Assembly (NCBI GenBank): GCA_040954595.2 | Contig: CM082586.2 | Span: 337,023-401,022 of the forward strand | Reading direction: 5' to 3' | Length of the DNA stretch: 64,000 nt | Source: Balanoglossus misakiensis | Taxonomy: Eukaryota; Animalia; Hemichordata | In this document: positions 13,364-25,204 of the stretch, piece by piece | Layout: each line of letters begins with the position of its first letter | Numbering within the stretch: the first letter of the stretch is position 1 | The notes under the pieces: model-generated | What the model was told of the DNA's origin: nothing | The model's database searches: none | What the model saw: the letters and a program-made list of their open reading frames with translations, nothing else | Program-made: the position numbers and the translations under genes

Positions 13364-13895
13364 CAAGTTATGATATTTCAGCTTATTTGTGAATTTATTT
13401 TTGTCAGACCCACACACGTTACTCGGGGTAGTTCCCAGAGATAGTCCTAGTTACCAAATGAGAGGAACATGTACTACTAGAACTACTAATATTTGGTGAG
13501 GCTGAGCAAAAAAATGTCTGATGTAAAGCCAAGCTGCCCTAATTTTCACTTGCACTCTTAACTTTCTAGAGACAATTAAATGCTGGAAGAAAACCAAAAG
13601 TGTAATTTTATGGCAAAAACAGTTACGCAAAAGTTTTCGAAAAGGCTAAAAAACACGACCCCTCTCGCACACTAACGTGTCGAACGTCCGTCTCGGGAGA
13701 CTTGACGATACCTTTGTTTTATCATTTTTACCACAGAGGGCGTTCTTCAAAATGGCTGCGCCCATGATAGTATGAGCGAAATGTCGCTCAGAATTCTTGG
13801 CATATTTTAGAGGAATTTAGCCGTTTTATTTTCACATTCCATTGTTAGAATATGTGATTCGTCATTCAGAGATGTGTTTAAAGTGAAGCGATAAG

Positions 13896-16250
13896 ATGTT
13901 TTCCGAGCTGAACGCGATTTTAGACTATAGCCCTACTCGACCACCACAGGTACGTGCATACATGTTGTGTAATATGCGAGTTGGTATATGTATTCTCGGC
14001 GTATATATGGCTTGGTAAATAACGAAATGGTCACAGTCAAACGTGATGTACAGTATGCCTGTAAGGTCACTCCATTCGGTGCACAGGCAGTGGAATCACT
14101 GCGTTTAGTAGTAGAAATATTGAGAGGTGAAATAAAGAATTGTTAGGAGAGAACTGAGATTATAAGTCACAAGTGTGATCCTAAAATTCCACTTGTTCAC
14201 ACTTTCAATATTTGACATTTCAGGGGAAATTTATTTTATTGTCGGACAGTCTTGCAGATGGCAGTTTCCTCATTCATCATTTTCTCTCACTGTACATTAA
14301 AGGTAAGATTATCCAGTAAGATCACCTCACTAGCTATTCCACTGTACATTTGTTGAATTGAAATAAAATGACCCTTCCATAATCAACACTTCTACATTAA
14401 CCTCTAAGTTTCCTAATCTGTTATTGTGTTTCAAAGTATCGCTATGTTAATAGTTTGAACATTTGTTTTCATTTCAGGAGGACACAGAGTCTGTTTGGTT
14501 TCACTGTCTCAATCGTTCAGTCATTACAATGCAGTGTCCCTGAAACTGGTAGGTAACTTAAACACATGCAACCATGCACTGAAAAGGGGTCTTCAGGTCA
14601 CAGCCAATGCTTTATTTCATGCAGAATTTCACTGCCATTTTAATGATAACATGTTCATAGTTCCACAAACCCCTGCTGTTCCTGTGCTTCTTTATTTTCC
14701 TCCTGTTTTGCTTTCTTTCTCTATAACTCTCTTCTTCACTCGTGTATCTCTCCCCCTCACCGTTATTTGCTTTCTCACTCCTTCTTTCCTCCTCTGCTTT
14801 TCTTTCCACACCAGATGTCATGTGACACACACACTTGAAATGTTACAGAGAATTTGGAAGTTTGAACTGTGATTGTATGATGGACTTCCTTTAAATGTAA
14901 GAGAGTGTTTATAGTTTTCATGTGATTGTAAAAACTAACTTGCTGTAAAAAATAACTGAAATAAACAAGCTTTGTAATAAGCCTAAGAGATTCAGATAGT
15001 CAGAGTTGATCTGATTACCTGAGCCAAAAAGTTCACAATTAACTTGTGAATCTGATGAACATTTTTCTATTTTTGCCAGGGTGTGAACTTGACATCTGCA
15101 AGGGAAAATAAACAACTGACGTTTATAGACGGACTGAAATATTCCGCCCAATTGTTTGACGAGTCCTCCTCAGAAAACAACCCACTGTTGTGTGTCAGGT
15201 ATGTACAGCAATTAATCATTAAAAGACAAAGCTCTGGCAGTTTCACTTCAATATTCATGAGCAAATGGCATCATTGGGATAAGCCTAGCACTGATAAATT
15301 TCTATTTTCCTGAAAATTAAAAGGTACCACACAATACCGTTTTATTGCTTTTGGGGAAAACTTTGTAATTAAATATATTGATGAACTATCAACAATAATT
15401 GGTTTATTTCAGAAACAAAGAGAAGACACTGCAACCATTGTATGAAATGATCCGAGATAGTTTATGTAGTAATCAATCAGAGATCAACTCACCAGTTTTA
15501 GTTCTGATAGACGATTTGAGTATATTACTGACTCTTGGAGTTCCTGTGATAGATGTCTATGATTTTATGCATTACTTAATTGTGATGCTGTGTGGACATT
15601 TGCAGGTAAGGAGATATTTATTCTGGTAATATCACGTTTATGTTAAATCAGTTTCAGGTTTTTTTGTTATGTTTACATGTTTATTTTGTCCAAATGTCAT
15701 TGTTGGTTACTGTTGGTCACAAAAGGACTATCGACAATCAAGTTTTTCTGAGTGCACTCTTTATTTTGACATTTAGCTCAAATGGTTGTGATATAAGCAT
15801 TAATACTCAGCATAACTATTTTCCCATCAGTCATTAGGTTGCCTAGTGACCCTCATCCATACTGATAAAGAAGTAGAAGATGAAGAAAATGACCTCCTCC
15901 TCAGACAGCTTGGTTACCATAGTAACCTTCATCTCCATGTTGAGGGACTGTCAAGTGGGTACTGCAAAGATGTACATGGTCAGGTGAGGTTGGTTCTGTT
16001 GGCCTACCGCATAATATCACAGCCAAGTCCAAGGTCTGTTGCCCTCTATTGTAGCCCACCAATTGTGATGAGTACCCATCATGCAATGCCAATGGTTAAT
16101 AGACACCTTTTTTTTTTGCAGATATCCATTTCCTGGAGTGATCCTTGGCAGATTACACTCAACCGAGCACAACAAAAACTTCTGCAGTACAAAATCCATG
16201 ATAAAAATGTGACATTTTTTGCACCAGGTACTTCATCAGCTGTACTATGA
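13896..16250 (+). CDS. ELP6: Elongator complex subunit 6, ~265 aa
   Basis: Seven GT-AG exons 13896-13949, 14224-14302, 14478-14548, 15080-15198, 15413-15605, 15831-15983, 16122-16250 total 798 nt in frame. The protein MFSELNAIL...DGSFLIHHFLSLYIKGGHRVCLVSLSQSFSHYNAVSLKLGVNLTSARENKQLTFIDGL...VLIDDLSILL...GLSSGYCKDVHGQ...QYKIHDKNVTFFAPGTSSAVL is typical ELP6. Confidence 0.95.
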
Positions 16251-16413
16251 TATTCCTTAGAAACAGCATAGCCTAGAGAATCTATTCTGAATGTTCCTAC
16301 CAGGTGAGGGGTCAATACTTCCATGTCATGTGAGCAGTTTTATAGTTTGTTAAAAAGGACTGTAAAAATGAAGTGTAAACTTCACACTTTACATCTGTAA
16401 GTTATATGAAGTC

Positions 16414-16419
16414 AATAAA
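16414..16419 (+). terminator. Candidate polyadenylation signal for ELP6
   Basis: AATAAA 164 nt after the stop codon, with GT-rich sequence downstream. Confidence 0.5.
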
Positions 16420-19411
16420 AAACAAACACTTATGAAAGTTGTGTATAACTGGGTTTCATAACGTGTGAATTACAGGATGGGTGAATTGTTCTCATTGGAT
16501 AGAATCAGAGTATTGCATCTGGTTGAGTTTGGAACCAGTGGTGTACAGTACTGATGGCATGGATTTACAAATTGATTTAATATTTCAATATCCAACCCAG
16601 GTGGATTTGGTGGTCCTCTGTACTCTGGTGGTCTTCATACAGAAAAGATGTGCACCTCGGTACCAGTAACTAAGGTAACTCTAGTTGTCCTGCTATTATT
16701 GTTTGGTGGTCCTTATTGTATTTGAAAAGAATTTTCCCTCGGATATTGATTCTGTGCAGTTTGCAGGTCTTCTTCAAAATGTGACCCTCATTCCGAATTG
16801 AGTTATTTTTGTTTGAGGTCAACAAATTAAGCCAGAGACCGGAATCACATGCTAATTTTTTTTCATTTGTTCCTGTTCATTTTAATTATTGACTGCCAGC
16901 ATACATACTTTTATTATTACCAGCTTATATCGATGGAAATAATTAGTCTTTATCTTATGCTTACCCACTCATTGTCTCTGTAAGCAAAACATATATTCTG
17001 TGCTTCCCAGGAATAAGGCTACAAAAAAAAAACACTCAATAAACATTCTTCACTTCTCACATCTCCACTGCAGAGGATATCCTCGAATTAAAAGCCCCTG
17101 TCGATTAGGTGTTTTTTAAACCAAGGATTTGAAGTGAACCATGGTAGTGAAAGGGTTAATATTCAGTGGAAAAGAATGACGTGCATCATGTAAACTTATG
17201 CTGGCAATATATGAAATAAAAAAGAGTTTGTCAATTAGTATAAATGTTCCAATCCCCTTAGAGCCATTTTGCAGTAAATTAGCTCAGCAGGAATAAGTTT
17301 CCAAAATAGCATGATGGACCATATGGCAAGGCAACAGTTCCTGTTGCATTTTTTTGTGAATGAGTTGAAGGATGTCCTTAAAAGAGCTGGTATCTACCCT
17401 GACCCTGTTCTGTATTTAAGTGCATCTCAGTTCACCTTCACTCCAGTCGTTGTCACGAATCTGGAGAGGTAAGTAACCATGGCCACACCCATCCCACCAC
17501 GCCTTTTTTCACGTTTAGGCTTTTGCTGAGTTTTAGTAACAGTTTGCAGACCAGTTTAATATTGAAGTTGGGTATTAATGCAAAGTGTGTAAAAACTGTC
17601 CGTTTTTAAATCTTCATTGTTATAGTACATGTAATTCGATGGGAGTATCGATAAATGCTATTTCTTTATTGGGTCCGATTTGGACTAGAAAGTATATACC
17701 TTTAGCCACCACATGAATTGAGTGTGGAGAAAATGTTAGACTATTTTATTCCCTGAGGTATATGGCAACAGTACAGACAGCTTCCAGACAACATAATCTA
17801 CAGGACTAAAATATGCCTTTGTGTTCAATTCTTCAATGGCTTTTCGGTGTTGTTTTCGAAACAAAACCATTCCGACAAAAGTCTCGCACTTTGTTGAAGG
17901 TTTTCATTATGTAATGTCTGTATGTTGCAGACGCAACATCAGAATAGTAAATAGACTAGACGGCTATGGCACATTTGCGGGTGATTGATTACGTGAATTT
18001 TAATCTTGGATTCACATTTTCGGTTGTGCCTAATGCATGTGATAATTTCTTCAGTGGTCACATTTCTTTGCAACTTCTGAAATGCAATGACTTTTGGTTT
18101 CACGATGCACCCATGCGGCGGCCATCATCGAAGGTTTATACCTGATCACCTGATCTCAAATCTGTCAAATGGGTCCGTTCTATGTAAATCGTCACTCGTG
18201 ATTTGTTGCTTACTTTTCACTGGTTGGCAGAGAAAGGTTTGTCTGGGAGATTGCGTATGGCAATGGCAATAGAGGTCTGTTTATTTAGAATAACAATGAA
18301 CTTAACATTGTTTAAATATCATTTGCAATGACGTCAAGCATAATTTAGTGACCATCTCGTTCATTCTATTCGTACAACGGAACGTAAGAGATCTGGAACA
18401 AGTAAGATAACTTTCTTTTTCATTTGATTAACTCTGATGTACTTTTGGGAGATTTTTTTCAATTGCATTTTATGGCGTGGAAACTTTTGTGTTCTTGGCC
18501 AGTTATATTCATATGCGTATCGTGGATTCGCACCAGTCTTGGTGGTTGTTAGTAGTTCCACTTCGTTTGGACCACCTGACCTTGTCTAGTCTAAGTTGTT
18601 TGCGCGACTATTGTAAATTACCATGAGTACAATTTGTATATATGAGAATCATAGGCATAGATTTTTATTTAGAATAACTGCACAAAGTCGATGCACTACC
18701 AAACTATTATACTTCTAACACAAAAACCGAAGTACGATTCATTACGGTGCTGATATTTGTGTTTGTGGCAAATATTAGCCTTCACTTGCATGTCAATAGT
18801 TTATGTAACTACTCATAACCAAGAACGCTGTGGTCTCGAGACGCTTTTTTCTGTACCCCATTGGCAGAGTTCGCAGCAATGTGTTATCTGTTTTGCATGA
18901 ACACGGGACCCTGGAATCAAGGTCTAAAATCTACGCTTATATCATGCATTGCTCAAATCTTCAGATACATTCTCGTATAGTCAGTGGGAAACATACGATC
19001 GATCACCCAAGTGATGGATAGACCGAGCGCTAATTTTGCATATTAATTATATTTGCAATACCACTGGCTTCAGATATTGATGTCAGCAGAATCATATTTT
19101 AATGAGAGATGTGCAGTGTACTCTCAATTAACTTTCCATTTTTATTTTTATTGCCTTCCTGAGCCTGGGGTAAAAAGTCCATGAGCTGGTAGGGGTTTAC
19201 CTCATGATGGCAGTTAGTCCAGAGAAGGTGTAATTTACAAAATTAAATTACCCCCTCTTGTCAACTTATATGGCCTTATTTTGTTTCTCATTCACAAAAC
19301 AAACACTATTTTAAAAACCAATAACTTCAAACGCCCCAAAACCCAGATGTCACGGTGGGAAGGGAACGATATTTTTACCTTTTTTTTATGTTTTCATGAA
19401 GGGAATACACC

Positions 19412-22400
19412 ATGGCAGTTGACGATAGACCAGAAGACGACCCGACAGAGGGCGAGAATGACGACAAATTGCTCAATGGCGAAAAGAACAGCGACAACGA
19501 TAAATCTGGAGGTGTCGGTGAGGTGGTCGTCTTTGATAACGACGACTACACTTGTGGAATAGGATCATGGCGGCCAAAGGGACTCCAGTTCCTTGCCAAT
19601 GTTAATGTTGCTTTTGTGATAATTCTATTAGCAACAGTGACAACAACTCTTAACTTCGCTTCGTTTTCCACATCGATCGTCTGCTGGGAGCGACAGTTCG
19701 GTTTTTCATCAACGGCAATCGGGGCGTGCTTCACTTTCTTCGATGTGTCTTCTCTGGTTTTCCTTCCCGTGGTGACTTACTTTGGCGGCCAGGTGAACAG
19801 CCATCGACCACGATGGATCGGGTTCAGCTTTTTTGCAACTTGCATGGGATTGGTCATCATTGGATCAACGCAATTCATGTCTGATCTGTACGAGTACGGA
19901 CACTTGCCGCTCAAATCTTCAAACTCTTCAATCGGACTCTGCGCACCATTGGATGCGGGAAACAGCAGCGGTTATTCGAGTCAAACATCTCTTCCCGGCT
20001 GTGACGACAAGGAGGTTTCTGGTAACAATCCGATGGTCTTATTCTGCATATTCCTGGGACTGTTTATCATGGGCATTGGAGTCACCCCACTCTTTACACT
20101 TGGCATTTCCTACATCGACGATCACGTGGAACGAAAGAAGGCGCCTATGTATTTTGGTGAGTTTGATTTTTTAATGTTTCATTAATAATGGAACGTCAAA
20201 GTACATGTAATAACTATGCCATGGAGGGAGGGTGGGATGGAGGGATTAACAGACGGAAGAACAGGGAAAGTTATTTTGACTAGACCAGGTGCATCACTTT
20301 CATGTTTGGGCAGTGGTCAGTTTCTTCGGCCTGAAGGGGGTCAATTAGCATTGGTGGTGGTGAAAGCATTCCAGACTTGTGCAAGTCACACAAGGTGACA
20401 ACATTGTTCTCGTAATTAACACTACGACTACTTCCATTGTTATGAAAATTAGACCATACCCCCTCTGACTTTTCCATTGCAGGAACTCTCTTTGCTATGT
20501 ACGGCCTTGGTCCGTTGATCGGTTATCCCATGACGGCTTACTACACCAGCATTTACGTCGATTTCTACCGCGTTGACACGTCGACCATAGAGATCAGCAA
20601 ATCTGATCCGCGCTGGGTTGGTGCTTGGTGGCTTGGATTTTTTATCAACGCAACACTACTGTTATTGTTTACAATTCCTCTGTTGTTGCTGCCGAAAAAA
20701 TTAAGGAAGCCCGAAGGAGACGATGAGAAGGAGAAAGAGATGACAATGACTGAAAAACTGAAAGGTAAGGAAAGCAAGACTTCTTATGCTTCAGTCATAC
20801 ACTCACACACGCAACTCATTAAATACATATAAACGGATTCAATCCTGTGGAGGTGCTTTCAGGGGCTGTATATCGGCCTGCATCAGTGAATGTCGGCTTG
20901 CCTGCCCGTCTGTCTGCTTCGAATATCTGCAAACGACTGCGCATGTCACCAGGTGCACACCTGACTGTTAGCGGAATTTCAATCAGTTGTCGCTGCCTGA
21001 ATATGTAAATTAGATACGGTTATGTAATTTTTTTACATCCAAAACTGACGATTGCCAAAGTCAGACCTGTCTGTTGCAACTAAAAACCAACAATGTATTC
21101 GTTTTGTACCTTTGTGACGAGGAAGAATTTCCAAGAGCAATGAAGCGCCTTTTTACAAACTCTACTCTGATGTGTGTAATACTGGCCATGACAACGGAAT
21201 CGGCTTTGTTGAGCGCTGTGGCGGCTTTTTGTGCTAAGTACATTATGAACCAGTTCCGAACAAGCGTTTCACTGGCTGCATTCATTGTTCGTAAGTACAC
21301 ATTTTGTCTGACAGTTTTTCTTCAAATACATATACCACTGCCAATATATTGTCATGCGGACAAAACGTCTCGTTGGAGATACCTGGTTAACAACCCCAAA
21401 ATGGAAGTTATAACAACTAAACGAGAATTTGAATTGAGTTTGTTTTTTATTTGAAACAGCTATTGGTTTCGTCATTCCCACAACTGTCGGCATCTTTGGT
21501 GGTGGCGCTCTTCAACGACTATTCAAACCGACGCTGAGGATGGTGGCGAGGAACGCAACCTTGACACAGATTGCTTGTTTGTTAATCGTTTTTCCACTTA
21601 TGTTTATCGGCTGTGATAACTACAAGTTTGCTGGGATAAACCACCCGTATCCTATTGGCAAGTGAGTTAACGACCATTGTTATTGTTGACAGATGAATTT
21701 TAGTACGGGCTTATGAAAGTTAAAACAAACATTCTTTGAATCATATGTGCACTTCTAGATATTTCTGTAATTACCAAAGTATTTTGCGACCAAACTTAAT
21801 TACATGTAGGTTCGTTTGTTATGCGCATGTTTTATTATAGTATAACATCACAATCTGAGGAAAACAGTAATCGAATCCATATTTGTGTTCCAGTGAAATT
21901 GGTAAGAGTGTTCCCCGTGGTCTCAATGCACAGTGTAATAGCGAATGTTCCTGTCCACCGAATGCACCATTTAATCCAGTCTGTGGCTCCAACGGTGTGA
22001 CTTACTATTCAGCTTGTCATGCGGGATGTCAAGGGTATTCACAGCTCAGTCCTGATTTGACTAACGCGGTAAGTTATGGATGGCGGTTCTAGACTTCTTC
22101 GACAACTAAGTTCAAACGATTTTGGTACATCAAGACGTATGACACATTGAACAAAAAGTGAATACATTGCCAAAATATATTGTAGCCCTCAAGTTATAGT
22201 TGCCAATGGTTCAAGATGTTTCTCTTTCTTTCATAGACGTTAGCCGGATGCTCCTGTGTGGTGGATCTCAAGCCAAACCTAGAGACAACGTATGTTGAAA
22301 TTCTAGAGTTCTCCACCCCAGATGCCCTCCAAGTCGGTTCAGACGTAAAGAAAAGTGTGACTCCTGCCACAACACCCATGTTAACAGTGCAAGGAATGAA

Positions 22401-23451
22401 CGGCAATGATACCGACGTCCCCACGATCAAAGCATTGGCAGAAACGAGTTCTGATATCAACGATTACTCTTCGATGACGTTGCAAGAGGGCGCTGCCTAC
22501 CATTCACCTGAATTCACTGGATCTGCCACACTTGGTATCTGTGGAGAGCAATGTACAAATGAGCTGATAGTGTTTACTGTTCTCTTGTTCACGCTGTGTT
22601 TGTTGAAGAATTTACCACAGACACCAGCTCTTGAACTCCTGCTGAGGTACGTGTACACTGTAGACCTTTCAGATTTTGCATTAACAGAATCAACTTTTAA
22701 GGAATGGTAACTTTTATTGGCTTGAGAGTCCATTTCTTTGCTGGGGTTCACGTGGGTCAGCCTCTTTGGAAAAAGATGAATTTCTGGATTGCCATTAAAT
22801 GGTCCAAATGGAACTTTCTCAAAGTTCTATCTTGACAGTTAGAGAAAATTCTCGACGCATCAAACTTTCCATGTAAGGCAAGGCGAAGTAGAATGTTATC
22901 TTTGTTCTATTTGTGGTAAAAGTAATTCATGTTATACATTGCAGGAGCGTAAAACCAACAGACAAACCCTTTGCACTTGGATTGAGGACAATGTTCTCCC
23001 AAATATTTGGTAAGGTTTTACTCATTTTTGTAAAACTTGTATTAGGGGAAAACCACTTCATTTCTGGAGGGTGGATGATGTCTGGAAGAAAAAAATTGTT
23101 GGCCCACCCCTCCCGAAATCAAATGGCTCTCCCCTTAGTTAAACGTTTATCTTTATCTCCGTAGCTTGGATTCCAACGTCTCTCTACATCGGCGCCATCT
23201 TCGATTCGACATGCACGTTTTGGGGAAAGACACCTTGCGGAGATAGAGGGACATGCTGGGTCTACGATCTTCCTTCCTACCGTATGAAGTTTTTTGCTGT
23301 TATACTCTGCATCAAGATTCTTAGCTTTGTCTTCTACCTGTTGACGTGGCTGACACTGAGAGGTAAAGGTGAGACAGAGAGTAAGGAGAATGGGTACAAG
23401 ACAGTGGCGATGAACTCCGATGACATTTCTTTGAAGCCTACCAAAGTGTGA
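19412..23451 (+). CDS. Organic anion transporting polypeptide (OATP/SLCO family), complete copy 1, ~776 aa
   Basis: Exons 19412-20156, 20483-20764, 21126-21290, 21460-21661, 21894-22068, 22237-22646, 22945-23009, 23165-23451 total 2331 nt in frame. OATP signature [12 protein letters not shown]; motifs [23 protein letters not shown], Kazal-like CNSECSC...[18 protein letters not shown], and C-terminal [17 protein letters not shown]. Ends in PTKV. Subfamily not assignable by eye. Confidence 0.93.
23045..23134. mobile_element. Tiny MITE-like element (PIF/Harbinger Tourist-type) in intron 7 of SLCO copy 1
   Basis: Imperfect ~30-bp inverted arms GGGGAAAACCACTTCATTTCTGGAGGGTGG / CCACCCCTCCCGAAATCAAATGGCTCTCCCC, flanked by a TTA direct repeat (23042-23044 and 23135-23137). 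Confidence 0.6.
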
Positions 23452-23500
23452 AACTGTGCAGATACATATCGCGGTAGAATAATTATGTTATCTGCATATC

Positions 23501-23506
23501 AATAAA
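23501..23506 (+). terminator. Candidate polyadenylation signal for SLCO copy 1
   Basis: AATAAA 50 nt after TGA, followed by a T-rich tract. Confidence 0.55.
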
Positions 23507-24184
23507 GTTATCAATCTTAGTTTTTTTTCTTGAGGTTGTTTTTTGGGAAAACAATTCTAGTACTAGCATATTCAAATAACTACACCGAAAGTGATGAACA
23601 TACACTAGATCACTCTCTGAAGGTTATGATGGTTTGATGCTTCATGTCAATTATTTGCTTATATGAATATGTAATGAAATTTTCTAATCGGCGATATATT
23701 TATGAATTTTCTGCAAATTTCAATTTTTAATGAATTTTTATAATTAGTCATATATTTCTTAATTGTCAGGAATTTATAATATTTAATGAACGCTTGTAAT
23801 TATTAATTTTTTTATGACATTTCTGATTTGACCTTATTTGATCAAACTTACTTCAGAGATTATTCTCACAGAGATCAGACTGTGCTGTTAGACATTCAAC
23901 TGAATAATTGCCAATTTCCTTACATAAAGCATTTTTGGAAACTTGTTAGAGAACTTCTTATATTATTATTACTTTTCCGATTACATACTGCTGATTGTGC
24001 AAATCTTCGTAAAAAGACGCCATAGTCTTGAGGAACCGCTTCCCAATCGCACATTGCACGATTCAATTTCCGCAACGTAAATTTAAATATTGTATTTCAT
24101 CGTGCTCTCAGCAGAGTAGTACTGCCTCGGTGGTGTGTGCCCAAAGCTCCATTCTTAGACGGGGCACATCATTTATGCGTAAAT

Positions 24185-24331
24185 ATGCAAATGAAAATCG
24201 GGGCGGGGTCATTCAGTGCTGCGGTACTTTCGTCTTCTGAGTGATGATCACCTGCCTCTGAGATACTACTAGAATATACCCCCTTTGACGTTTGTTCAGC
24301 GGCTGATCTCAGCTTGTGGTCACCTCAAAAG
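24185..24331 (+). promoter_or_regulatory. Candidate promoter and non-coding first exon of SLCO copy 2
   Basis: Octamer ATGCAAAT (24185-24192), GC box GGGGCGGGG (24200-24208), Inr-like TCAGT (24213-24217), then a donor-like AG|GTAATT at 24331/24332. An acceptor-like ...TTCTTCTGAAAG lies just before the copy-2 ATG. Confidence 0.4.
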
Positions 24332-25204
24332 GTAATTAAGATTCCTAAACACTTCTGTTTTTAAGCCGAGAAAGACTAACACCGTTACAGTTTGAATGCC
24401 ATGTACCTTGAGTGTGCTGGATCACTGTAAAGGTGCCGAGAGTTCGCTTGACCTGTTTTCCGTTTACATTAATTTACGGTCTTCTGGCCTTGTTCGTCCG
24501 TTCATGAGTATTCATGAGTATACACAAAATATGGACTTTGATGGTCGTCTAGGAAAATGACTGGAGAACTGTGTGTACAACTTTTTACAATTTCTTGTCA
24601 TATTTAAATCATATATCCGAATTTCGATTTTATAGATGTGTTGTATTTTATTATTGTACTATTTGATTACAAATGTAATTAAGGAATATCTACGTTTCTT
24701 TAAGAGTGATCCCATGTGCAGAATTACTTTTTTTAAACTGATCAATTAAACACTGTCGTCTCGTTTCGACCTCGGTTGGAGACCCGCTGTGTTTCGACAG
24801 ACGACAAATGGCTTGTAAATCTACATGTATTTGATTATCTTGTTGTTGTGTTTTCGATAAAGAAAGACCCCTTATATGGAAGTGAGGTTGCCACAGAACA
24901 ATAGTGTAGTAAACCTTGAAGAAAAACAGCGCCACGGTTTTGCAAAATATTGAATGAGGAATTTCGGAAAGTTCGTGTAACTGGCTTGTATTTGGTACGC
25001 GATGTATGTCTTGCCCTGGAGTGACGTCCAACGACCTTTTTATAGGTCTCGCCTCACAATGTGCCTGCAAATGCTCAGGTCAAGCAGAATGACCCAATTT
25101 CCATTTTTCATAGCATAGCAATTCTCCTCGACAACAATAACCAAACAGTATAAATCCTTCGGTAAAAGCTTAACATTAATCATTTCTTCTGAAAGAACCG
25201 CGCG

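Noticed and set aside
15984-16121. ELP6 last intron is 138 nt, in frame and stop-free (ORF 15846-16250 reads through)
   Set aside because: It has a strong GTGAGG donor and poly-T CAG acceptor, and the spliced product has the normal ELP6 length. Stop-free short introns arise by chance.
16481-19021. Short ORFs between ELP6 and SLCO copy 1; possible non-coding first exon ending at AG|GTAAGT near 17469
   Set aside because: The ORFs lack homology signals. The donor is plausible for an SLCO 5' UTR exon but cannot be supported without transcripts.
23660-23830. AT-rich stretch with recurring AATTT/TAAT motifs
   Set aside because: Low complexity with no definable period or termini.
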